DNA from: a bacterium
Lineage (GTDB): Bacteria > Patescibacteriota > Dojkabacteria > SC72
Direction of reading: 5' to 3'
NCBI GenBank assembly: GCA_022840695.1
Contig: JALHDC010000004.1
Location: 22,907 to 86,906, forward strand
DNA length: 64,000 bases
Shown: piece after piece, positions 28,459 through 37,095 of the stretch
How the letters are laid out: each line of letters begins with the position of its first letter
Position numbering within the stretch: the stretch's first letter is position 1
The notes under the pieces: generated by a model
The model's database searches: none
Told to the model about the DNA's origin: nothing
The model's input: only the letters and a program-made list of their open reading frames with translations
Position numbers and translations under genes: made by a program

Positions 28459-30195
28459 ATGAAAAACCCTTTCCTAAAACTTTCTGAATTAAAACTTGGA
28501 AAGAGACAAATAATAATTATTAGTATTGTTATTGTAGTTTTAATAGTTATCTCTTTGTTTGTATATTTCGTATTAAGAGGAAAAAATCTCCCAACATCTA
28601 TTAATAACAATGCACAAAATACTTTTGAAAAAGGATATGCAGATGATTCTGAAGAAGCATTAACTACATTCGCTCAACCCTATGATACTGAAGATACAGA
28701 TCCAACATATGATCTTTATGGGGAAGTAGGTACTCCTCCAAATGAAGACTTTAGTCATGATAGTGTGCAAATAAGTTCTGATTTTAGCCCAGATTCCGAA
28801 GAATGTAGCATGTCTGAAGAGGGAAGTTGTATAGATTTAGGAAGAGAAAAAACGGTTATGCCTAATCACTCTACAGTCAATCTTACTGTATGGGAATCGT
28901 ATGCGATTGAATGGAGTGATGATGATCTCCCAGGTGGAAGAGTAGGTCTTAAGGCTTATGCTGTATTACCTGATGCCTCTATGGCTACGATATATGATAG
29001 TACAAAGGTCCAATTCAATTTCTATGATAAAGAGACAAGGATTGTACAGATGGAAGGAGAGGTATATTACCGTGCAAAACCACAAGAGGATGATCATGTC
29101 CTTACAGTACAAGCGGGAGACAGATTGATAGAGTTGAATGATGCTGAAGCGTATGTTCAAATTATACATGATACTGATGCGGAAACAGCTAGGTATGAAG
29201 AATGGGAGAAGTTAGAGAAGGAGCTAGGCCTTGAAGATAATGATTATTATTATGATAATGGGGAATTAGATTTGGAAAAATATGAGAAATACCAACGCTC
29301 ATCAGAAGAATATCGTAAAGAGATTGAAAATAGCAAGGGAGATATATATGCAATATATGTATATATAACATCTGGTAATGCAAAGATTACATCAAGATCA
29401 GATAGAAATACTGTTCTTTCTGAGCTGAATGGAGATAATCCATTTACAATCCTTAAATATAGAGAGCCTGAGGAGAATACTAGGGTATATTTTGATGCTG
29501 AGCAGGAGGAGATAGATGAAAAGAAGGAGAAGTTGGCGACTGGTTATGAATCAACAGAATTTATGTCCAATCTTACTTTTTCTATGTCCAATTATGGAAT
29601 TGGAAATTTTGCAGAAGTATCCACAGAAGATCTTGTTAATATGTTACAGGTAAATATTAATACAATAGAACCCCAAGCTAGGAAAACTACTGCATGGTAC
29701 AAAGATGATATGGAGAATTTCCTTAGTGATTGGAATGAATTTATAGAGAAAACTTCTTGTAAGGCTGGTTGGTATAAAGCGACAGATACGACGTGTTGTC
29801 CCGATGGATATATATGGGATTCATCTAGGCAATTATGTACAAAGACTACTTATACATATTACTGTAATGATGGATATACTCTTGGATCAGATAATATGTG
29901 CCATAAAACAGGCTCGACTAGTGAATCTGTTAAACCGACAGTAGGAAATACTCCTGCTTTTACCTCAGGAAATTGTCCTCCAGAAGGTGATATAGTCATA
30001 ACCTGGTGTTATCCAGAAGATGGCAATACAAAATCAGGATATGTATTTTGTGGGTATAAAATTGTTAATAATAAAGAGAAGTATTGTCAAGATACTGTGT
30101 TAGGGGGAGTTAAAATGGTTTGTGGAAATGTGGGAGATGGGGAAATTCCCAAAACATGTCTTCCTAACGGATTTAATAACTGGGTAAATCCATAG
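28459..30195 (+). CDS. membrane-anchored protein with FecR-like domain and Cys-rich C-terminus
   Basis: TM; LPDASMATI..STKV....RIVQMEGEVYY; CPDGY/CNDGY repeats. Confidence 0.6.
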   Translation: MKNPFLKLSELKLGKRQIIIISIVIVVLIVISLFVYFVLRGKNLPTSINNNAQNTFEKGYADDSEEALTTFAQPYDTEDTDPTYDLYGEVGTPPNEDFSHDSVQISSDFSPDSEECSMSEEGSCIDLGREKTVMPNHSTVNLTVWESYAIEWSDDDLPGGRVGLKAYAVLPDASMATIYDSTKVQFNFYDKETRIVQMEGEVYYRAKPQEDDHVLTVQAGDRLIELNDAEAYVQIIHDTDAETARYEEWEKLEKELGLEDNDYYYDNGELDLEKYEKYQRSSEEYRKEIENSKGDIYAIYVYITSGNAKITSRSDRNTVLSELNGDNPFTILKYREPEENTRVYFDAEQEEIDEKKEKLATGYESTEFMSNLTFSMSNYGIGNFAEVSTEDLVNMLQVNINTIEPQARKTTAWYKDDMENFLSDWNEFIEKTSCKAGWYKATDTTCCPDGYIWDSSRQLCTKTTYTYYCNDGYTLGSDNMCHKTGSTSESVKPTVGNTPAFTSGNCPPEGDIVITWCYPEDGNTKSGYVFCGYKIVNNKEKYCQDTVLGGVKMVCGNVGDGEIPKTCLPNGFNNWVNP

Positions 30196-30236
30196 TTTAC
30201 CCTTTCATTCACAAAAGAGAGATCTCTTGTACTGTG

Positions 30237-30426
30237 TAAGGCTTTCTCCTTCGAACCGAAGGGTAGTGAAAACTAGTCAAAATATGGGTATTCTCATCCA
30301 CCAGGATGTGAAATTGAAATACTTAAATTTAGAGAAGAAATAATGAAGCAACCAAGGGATTCCTAGTTATAGTGGACGGGTCTTGTCGCAACCTGGAAAG
30401 AATGGCGGGATGGACAGGACTCGAAC
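30237..30426 (-). repeat. att-like unit A: three-block arm + 3' end of tRNA-Asp
   Basis: Blocks CCTTCGAACCGA (30248), TCATCCACCAGG (30294) and ATAGTGGACGGGTCTTGT (30369) are identical to unit C; TGGCGGGATGGACAGGACTCGAAC (30403) matches the tRNA end at 22/24. Confidence 0.92.
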
Positions 30427-30566
30427 GAAGCTAAGATATTAGTAAGCAGTTAAAAGATTTCTTTAATCAGAGGTTCGAGCATCTTCCTCATAATAAACAG
30501 GTCATATATGTAGAAAATCTTATATTTCTATAACATACGTAAAACCGTATTCTTTGGAAACAAAAA

Positions 30567-31574
30567 CTACCTTAACATATAAAAACTATTCTTAGTACTA
30601 CCCTGTTTTTCTAAATAACCCTTTGAAACAAGACCATCTAGAAGATTGAAAGCCTGCTGTCTAGATATATCTAGATCCTTTGCAACATCAGAAGAAGTAA
30701 TCTCTTTGTACTTCTTAATTAGATCTAATACATCCTTTTCTCTATTTGTAGGACGCATATCAAAAGAAATATTCTTTAAACCTTCTTCTATCTTAGCTAA
30801 TGCAGACTGTAGAGAATATTTAACACCATCTGTAAAATACTCCAGCCATTCTGTTTTATCTCCACTATCTGCAGAGTGTAGGGAGTCAGAATACTGTATC
30901 CTATCAATATCATAGTAATCATCAAGTACAAAATACTTATTTATCTTGTATCCTAGTTGATCTAAAAGAAGAGTAGTGCTTAATCTACAAACTCTACCAT
31001 TACCATCTACAAATGGATGAATATATACAAACTCATGATGATATATACCTGCTTTAAGTATGTCTAAATCTTCTGAGGTGTTTGTCCAATCTATTAACTC
31101 CTCAAGTAGTTTTTCTATTCCTTTCTTAGTATGTTCTGGTGGATCATGCTTTACGACCACAGTACCTTTATCAGAGGGATTTCCAACTACAACCTTTCTA
31201 TCTCTTATATCTCCTGCAATTTCATCTTCAACTCCTTCTAAGAGTTCTTTGTGGATCTTTAATATCGTATCAATATCTAAAGTGTCATATTCTTTCCCTA
31301 TCTGTTTTAGGATATTAAAGTAGTTCTTTACTTCTTTTTCATCTCTGTTTGCCGGTACCCTTCCTCCAAGTATTAAATTAGTAACTTCTTCTTGAGAGAG
31401 TGGGTTACCTTCAATGCTATTAGAAGAAAAAGATGATTTAACAAGATTGTGTTTTTCTAGATTAAGAAGTAAATTTTTAGGAACTACTTGTGATTCTAAT
31501 TGACCATAGAGTCTTTCAATTGAAGATATATTTTCTAAGAGTTTTTTACTTAGTTTGTACTTAGGATTTAACAT
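30567..31574 (-). CDS. Fic family protein with C-terminal wHTH
   Basis: HPFVDGNGRVCR Fic motif; SNSIEGN inhibitory motif; C-terminal HTH. Confidence 0.93.
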   Translation of the reverse strand: MLNPKYKLSKKLLENISSIERLYGQLESQVVPKNLLLNLEKHNLVKSSFSSNSIEGNPLSQEEVTNLILGGRVPANRDEKEVKNYFNILKQIGKEYDTLDIDTILKIHKELLEGVEDEIAGDIRDRKVVVGNPSDKGTVVVKHDPPEHTKKGIEKLLEELIDWTNTSEDLDILKAGIYHHEFVYIHPFVDGNGRVCRLSTTLLLDQLGYKINKYFVLDDYYDIDRIQYSDSLHSADSGDKTEWLEYFTDGVKYSLQSALAKIEEGLKNISFDMRPTNREKDVLDLIKKYKEITSSDVAKDLDISRQQAFNLLDGLVSKGYLEKQGSTKNSFYMLR

Positions 31575-31592
31575 AGTTTATTATATGGATTC

Positions 31593-31630
31593 GTCAAACA
31601 ATTGTCAAGTTATTTGACAATATAATTGAC
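31593..31630. promoter_or_regulatory. palindromic operator upstream of fic
   Basis: ATTGTCAA-gttat-TTGACAAT (31601-31621) flanked by extra GTCAA/TTGAC half-sites. Confidence 0.65.
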
Positions 31631-31730
31631 AACAACATTATGGAATTACCCACAGAAAATATAGTAAGGTGAACGAGAATGTAACGGAATCTCAGATTAG
31701 CGAATACTCAAATTCTTCTGTTATATCAAC

Positions 31731-31918
31731 ATTCTGACTTCGAATCGAGGAGATATAAATATGCGACGTTTTAGGAGTATTTCTATACACCAGGCCTAAT
31801 TTCTGAAAACTCGTTTTTTGAAGGTCGAAACAATCAAGGTTTAACAACCTTTCTAAGAGGTAGTACACGGGTCTATAAAGAACCAAAGGAATATGGCGGG
31901 ACATACGGGTCTGGAACC
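31731..31918 (-). repeat. att-like unit B: three-block arm + diverged tRNA 3' end
   Basis: ACTTCGAATCGA (31737), CTATACACCAGG (31783), GTAGTACACGGGTCT (31860), TGGCGGG (31894); spacing matches A and C. Confidence 0.85.
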
Positions 31919-31925
31919 TACTATC

Positions 31926-32795
31926 CTATACTTGAATAATTTTTATAGAATCATCTTTTATCCAAACATACTGTTGATTAGTAAGTGGAAGTATTTTAAC
32001 TCCTTCTGTATACATAGTATCTATTCCACTTAAATATTCATCATGGAATATATCACTTCCCCAATGGGGTAAAATAGATAAATCTACAATCTCTAATCCT
32101 GTTTTAGCTGCTATATTCAGACTTTGTAGGAATGTAGGCATTAATTTCCCAGTGACAAATGTTTCGGATTTGTCAGTAGTTCCTATAAAAGGTATTGGCT
32201 CTCCATCATAAAGTTTATCTAAATCTGGTATTTGAGAAATAATATTCCTCATTACGATTCGATTCCCTTCAACTGTATTTCTAAAAGCAATTGCTCCAAG
32301 CTTACCTCTTAATCCCCATCTTGCAGATGTCCCACATAACATATTTAAGTAGGAAGCTATGGTGTATTGATTCTCCCGATGACTAGACTTACTTTGTATA
32401 AATGAGATGTGTGGTCCATAAAATGTTTCCAAATTTGCCCTTGTGCTTATTGCTAATTGTAATGTTGAAGCTGCACTAAAAGTTGTAAAAATAGGCTTAA
32501 GTGTTTTTAATGCTTCGAAGTCTAGTTCTTCAATCAAATGTTCTGAATGACTATTCCCAGCTACGGGGAATATTGCTTTTGAACCTGAATTAACAGCTTG
32601 ATTAAATTTTGCAATTCTTTCAGCATCGTTACCCTGTAAGGCTGTATGATCCTTAACTTCGAAACCGAGAGAGTTAAGATATTCTTCTATTTCAGAGTTT
32701 CTATGAAAACGTTCGTCTTGTTGGGATGAGGGATTTACTAGCGATACAGTTGAATCTTTAGATAGCTATTCTGGTTTATTAAACTCAATTTCCAT
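31926..32795 (-). pseudogene. S66 (LD-carboxypeptidase/MccF-like) gene with early nonsense codon, fused in frame to the C-terminus of a peptidase E (S51)-like gene
   Basis: ATG 32795, MEIEFNKPE*LSKDSTVSLVNPSS...GNDAERIAKFN...LDF..LKPIF; tail GLEIVDLSILPH...LTNQQYVWI. Confidence 0.7.
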
Positions 32796-33396
32796 TCTTA
32801 AATAAAATTCTGTCAAAAATAAGATTATTATCAAAACATGCAATTTCTAAATCTTTTAATTTCAAATAGTCTTCGTTAAAAACTTTTTCAGAGGGTTTGT
32901 AGTGAGGTATTAAAATTATATTTTCTAATATCCCGAAACCATGTCTGACTGTATAATCTTCTTTTGAAAGGTCTAAATATCCTTCGCATAGCAGTGCTGC
33001 TCCTGCGCTTAATCCTACCAATATCCCATCAAAGGTCTTTAAGAGAGAAATAAAATGCTTGTAGATTCTCTTCTCTTTTAATATTGTAATGAAAACTTCA
33101 GGATCTCCTGATCCAAGATATACGATACTTGAATTTGTAAATAAGTCAGTCAGTATCTTTTTGCTATATCTTTTTTTATGTAATCTAACGATATTTATTG
33201 AACATCCTAAATTCGCATATTCTGTTTCAAAGGCATTTATATAGTCGTTTCTATCACCAGAAGATGTTGGGAAGAATAAAACATTTAAGGGCAGATGATT
33301 CTCTTGCGCTATAAATATTACTTTTTTGTCGATTTCTTTGGTCTCTCCTGACCATATTCTACCGCCTCCAATAAGTATTCTAATTTTTCTTTTCAT
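32785..33396 (-). CDS. peptidase S51 (peptidase E / class I GATase-like)
   Basis: LIGGG, FFPTSSGD, VYLGSGD, GLSAGA, IPHY. Confidence 0.85.
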   Translation of the reverse strand: MKRKIRILIGGGRIWSGETKEIDKKVIFIAQENHLPLNVLFFPTSSGDRNDYINAFETEYANLGCSINIVRLHKKRYSKKILTDLFTNSSIVYLGSGDPEVFITILKEKRIYKHFISLLKTFDGILVGLSAGAALLCEGYLDLSKEDYTVRHGFGILENIILIPHYKPSEKVFNEDYLKLKDLEIACFDNNLIFDRILFKNGN

Positions 33397-34184
33397 CTAT
33401 ATCGAATAAAATATTATTTATTAGCTGGGATTGTTCGAATGTAATACCATATCTATTCCCAGCGGTTTCCATTAAGAGTTTCAATTTAGTTATTTCCATG
33501 TCATTAAGTGAAGAGATTATATTTTTTGTATTTACTTTATATTTAAGCATTTGTGTTAGTACTATTTGTCTTACTTCAATAGGGTATTCTCCGTTTAGAA
33601 TGTTGCTAAATTTTACTTTATCTAATTCGATTGCTAGGAGATTTCTTATTTCTCTGAGAATTTTTAAATATAGAGGGTAGACAAATTGATTTTCTTTTGT
33701 TTTCTTATACTTCAATACGAGTGTACAGATAAGTCTATTTATTTTGGTGTTATCGATAATACTTGTTCCGAAACTTGCTTTTGTATCTTCAGTACCAATA
33801 AAGCTTTGCTCATTCATAATACTTTCGATATCTTTATTAATTACAGAAAACAACTTCTTAATAATGTCTTTATCTTTGGATACTCCAATTATTAACTTCT
33901 TCTCCGCAAGGCATAAAGGAAAGGGCAATTATTTGCTTATTATTTTTTTCATACCAATCATCTAGATAGTTTCTTATAACTTGGTTATAAAGATCAACAA
34001 GATTTTCAGCATTTGCACGTCCATTTTTTGCTACAAAGACGCCAAGATTATCAAGATCTCCAGTTATTGCCCATAAATGAGAGTTGTTTTTATACTCAGA
34101 ATATCTTTGAAAAACAGAGACTATATGTGGATTGTAATAATATCTCCAATCAGTTTCGGAGATTCTATCTTTATTTCTAATCAA
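33380..34184 (-). pseudogene. frameshifted divergent GGDEF/palm-domain (nucleotide cyclase/polymerase-like) gene
   Basis: WAITGDLDNLG...PCGEEV in 33870..34184 continues as (L)IIGVS...TKASFG in 33380..33928; frame switch near 33890. Confidence 0.6.
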
Positions 34185-34357
34185 TGATTTTGTAATAAAA
34201 TATATTATTACAAAGCTATCTTATCATAGTCTAGTCTAAATAGAAAGTTATGGAAGGGTGTGTTGCTTTATGATATTCATAGGAAATTTCTGATGTAAAA
34301 TTACTTCTATGAGCAAATAAAGATTTGTTTTTTGACATGCCTTTTTGTTTTGTAAAA

Positions 34358-34524
34358 TAAGGCTTCTACCTTCGAACCGAGGGCTCTAAAAAATGCATGT
34401 TTTTTGACTCTTTTCATCCACCAGGCCTTACTTTTGGAAACTTCATTTTTTAAGGCCCAAATAACTCAATCTCCATAAGGGTTTTAAAAGATAGTGGACG
34501 GGTCTTGTTGGAACATGTTGAAAA
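34358..34524 (-). repeat. att-like unit C arm, immediately 3' of intact tRNA-Asp
   Basis: Blocks at 34369, 34414 and 34491. Confidence 0.92.
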
Positions 34525-34601
34525 TGGCGGAATGGACGGGACTCGAACCCGCAACCTTCTCAGTGACAGTGAGATGCTCTAACCAATTGAGCTACCACTC
34601 C
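34525..34601 (-). tRNA. tRNA-Asp(GTC)
   Basis: GGAGTGG...CCATTCC-G-CCA; anticodon arm TCTCA-CT-GTC-AC-TGAGA. Confidence 0.97.
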
Positions 34602-34706
34602 ATATATATCGAAAAAAGTATATCAAACTATATATAAAATAACAATAAAATATTGTATACACCATATATAAATGATAACATTATCAAAATATATACAACT
34701 ACGACT

Positions 34707-35612
34707 ATGAAAGAAATACAAAACATACTATCTCTCTTCCTAGATATAGTAATACTTGAAATAGATCCAGATGGAAATATACTAAACACGGTCATAAATA
34801 CCAACGAAGATTTTCAAATATCCAAATTCAAAAATGTATATGAACTCTTTACCAAAGAAGAGAAATTCAGACTAAAGAGAGTATTAGAAACAGGATTTGA
34901 TGTAAAAAAGAAATTCATGGAATTAGACAAATCTACAGGCATAGATGAATTTGTTGATGTTAACCTCTATGAAAAGGATTACAACCGATACCTCTTCATA
35001 CAATTCTTTGAATCTAACAGAGACAGAGAAGTAATATATGATAGGTACATTGAAAAATTAACAAACCTTGCAGAAAGAGACCCTCTTACTAAGGTATTCA
35101 ATAGAAAAGGATTTGATGAAAAAGTTAGAAGATTGGTAAATAGCAGTGATCCTAAGAAGAGATTAGGAATAATATATTTTGATATGGATAATCTTAAAAC
35201 CATAAATGATACATACGGTCATAAAATGGGAGACAAGGCCATACTAAATGTAATAGATATCCTAACATCAACAATTAGAGAAAGGGATATCGTAGCTAGA
35301 CTAGGAGGAGACGAATTCATCATAGTGGTTGAAGAAATTACTGGATCAAAGAGTACAGCACATGGATTAGCACAAAGATTACTTAAAGCAGTATCAAAAG
35401 AAAAAGACAAACAATATTCATCAACACTTTCAATGGGAGTACATATTGTAGAGGTAGAAGATATGTCTAAGAATGTAGAAGATTCAGAAAAATTCTCCGA
35501 GCAACTAAATAACCAGATAGAGAAAGCAGACAAAGCAGCATACCAATCAAAAAAGAATGGTAGAAATCAGGTCTCAGTTACAAAAGAATTTCTTAAATAC
35601 TACAAACTATAG
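34707..35612 (+). CDS. diguanylate cyclase (GGDEF)
   Basis: DPLT.VFNR, DMDNLKTINDTYGH, RERD I-site, RLGGDEF. Confidence 0.93.
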   Translation: MKEIQNILSLFLDIVILEIDPDGNILNTVINTNEDFQISKFKNVYELFTKEEKFRLKRVLETGFDVKKKFMELDKSTGIDEFVDVNLYEKDYNRYLFIQFFESNRDREVIYDRYIEKLTNLAERDPLTKVFNRKGFDEKVRRLVNSSDPKKRLGIIYFDMDNLKTINDTYGHKMGDKAILNVIDILTSTIRERDIVARLGGDEFIIVVEEITGSKSTAHGLAQRLLKAVSKEKDKQYSSTLSMGVHIVEVEDMSKNVEDSEKFSEQLNNQIEKADKAAYQSKKNGRNQVSVTKEFLKYYKL

Positions 35613-35927
35613 ATACTTCTCAATAGCTTCCTTGTAGCTCTCCTTAGCCATAGCTCCAATCAATCTCTCTACAACCTCTCCATTCTTGAATACATACACT
35701 GCAGGTATACTCATAATCTCATAGCTTTGTCCTAAAGTACCTTCCTCATCTACATTTACTTTTCCAACCTTAGCCTTACCCTCCATCTCTGTAGATAATT
35801 CCTCAATAACTGGTCCTACCATCTGACATGGTCCACACCAAGGAGCCCAAAAATCTACAATAGTTACACCCTCATGATCTAAAACCTCAGACTTAAAATT
35901 TTCGTCTGTTAAATGTAATAGTGACAT
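35607..35927 (-). CDS. trxA: thioredoxin
   Basis: DFWAPWCGPC. Confidence 0.96.
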   Translation of the reverse strand: MSLLHLTDENFKSEVLDHEGVTIVDFWAPWCGPCQMVGPVIEELSTEMEGKAKVGKVNVDEEGTLGQSYEIMSIPAVYVFKNGEVVERLIGAMAKESYKEAIEKYL

Positions 35928-36006
35928 AGTAATAATATGTATAACAATTTAAAAGCATTGGAATATGGGCATTTCAATATATTCCTAGTATAATATCCAT
36001 TATACC

Positions 36007-37095
36007 ATGAACAGAATCGATATTAAAAAAGAGAAAAACTTAGCTATTAAAAAAGCCGTTGAAACATTAGAAAACGGTGGATTAATTGTATACCCAACTG
36101 AAACCTGCTACGGACTAGGAGGAGATGTTACAAACCCAGAAGCACTAAAAAAGATAATGGAATACAAAACACTAAGAGGATCCAAACCGGTATCAATAGC
36201 TGTAGCTAATAAGAAAATGGCAGAAGAATATGTAGATATAAATGATATGGCAGACAACCTCTATGAAAACTACCTACCAGGACCAATAACAGTAATATCA
36301 ATGAGCAAAGGTAACCTTGTTCCTCCAGTAGTATCAATACAAGGTGCAGTAGGAGTTAGATATCCAGATTACAACTTTACATTAGATTTAATTAAGGAAT
36401 TTGGTAAACCAATTACAGCAACATCTGCAAATGTATCCTACAAATCTCCACCATACAACATAGATCAACTAATTAAGGATTTACCTAAGAAAAGTTTAGA
36501 ACTAATTGGTCTCTTTCTTGATGCAGGACAGTTACCTAAGAATCAACCCTCTACAGTACTTGATACTACAATGAATCAACTCTCAGTATTAAGACAGGGT
36601 AAGATACAATTTGAAGATGCATTAATTAAGAACAAAAAAATTGAAGAAAAAGTAACAAAAAATACCCAAGAAACTATTGATTTAGGAAAAACTTTTACAA
36701 AGAAATACCTCTTAGAAAATAAACCAGTTGTAATTGCTCTAAGTGGAGAATTAGGAGCAGGAAAAACACAATTTGCCAAAGGTGTAGCAGAACAACTTGG
36801 TGTAAAAGATATTGTTAATTCTCCAACATATACCATAATTAATGAATATACATATATGTACAATGGTAAAGAAAAAATATTAGCACATATGGATACATGG
36901 AAACTTGAAGACCATGAATTGGAAACATCTGGTTTAATACAGCACTTAGAAAGTGGAAATATTGTACTAATAGAGTGGGCAGACAAATTCTACCAAGAAA
37001 TATCAGCACTTTGTGACAATATGAATATTCCCATATACAAGGTAAATATTAAATATATATCACTTAATGAAAGGAGCATAGAGATATATGAATAA
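36007..37095 (+). CDS. TsaC (YrdC/Sua5) - TsaE fusion
   Basis: YPTETCYGLG, PGPIT, TATSAN, PSTV followed by GELGAGKT, SPTYTI, IEWAD in one frame. Confidence 0.9.
   Translation: MNRIDIKKEKNLAIKKAVETLENGGLIVYPTETCYGLGGDVTNPEALKKIMEYKTLRGSKPVSIAVANKKMAEEYVDINDMADNLYENYLPGPITVISMSKGNLVPPVVSIQGAVGVRYPDYNFTLDLIKEFGKPITATSANVSYKSPPYNIDQLIKDLPKKSLELIGLFLDAGQLPKNQPSTVLDTTMNQLSVLRQGKIQFEDALIKNKKIEEKVTKNTQETIDLGKTFTKKYLLENKPVVIALSGELGAGKTQFAKGVAEQLGVKDIVNSPTYTIINEYTYMYNGKEKILAHMDTWKLEDHELETSGLIQHLESGNIVLIEWADKFYQEISALCDNMNIPIYKVNIKYISLNERSIEIYE

Larger units (their letters stand above)
26042..34601 (-). mobile_element. tandem array of small integrase-less cassettes at tRNA-Asp
   Basis: Five att-like units whose positions coincide with gene/operon boundaries; no recombinase ORF in the window. 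Confidence 0.7.

Noticed and set aside
29750-30195. DGR variable region in the Cys-rich tail
   Set aside because: No template repeat differing at adenines and no RT seen in the window.
30237-30426. LTR plus tRNA primer-binding-site (retroelement) reading of the unit
   Set aside because: TGGCGG after a repeat resembles a PBS, but there is no reverse transcriptase and the last copy is the intact tRNA gene, which fits att duplication better.
30403-30426. Additional tRNA genes at 30403 and 31894
   Set aside because: Only the acceptor 3' strand and part of the T-arm are present; no D or anticodon arm.
32766-32768. Stop-codon recoding at the in-frame TAG
   Set aside because: TAG, TGA and TAA end ordinary genes here and the neighbouring gene is also broken; pseudogenisation is simpler.
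26042-34601. CRISPR array or classical integron attC explanation for the repeats
   Set aside because: Units are kilobases apart, tRNA-derived and lack RYYYAAC/GTTRRRY ends; no cas or intI gene is present.
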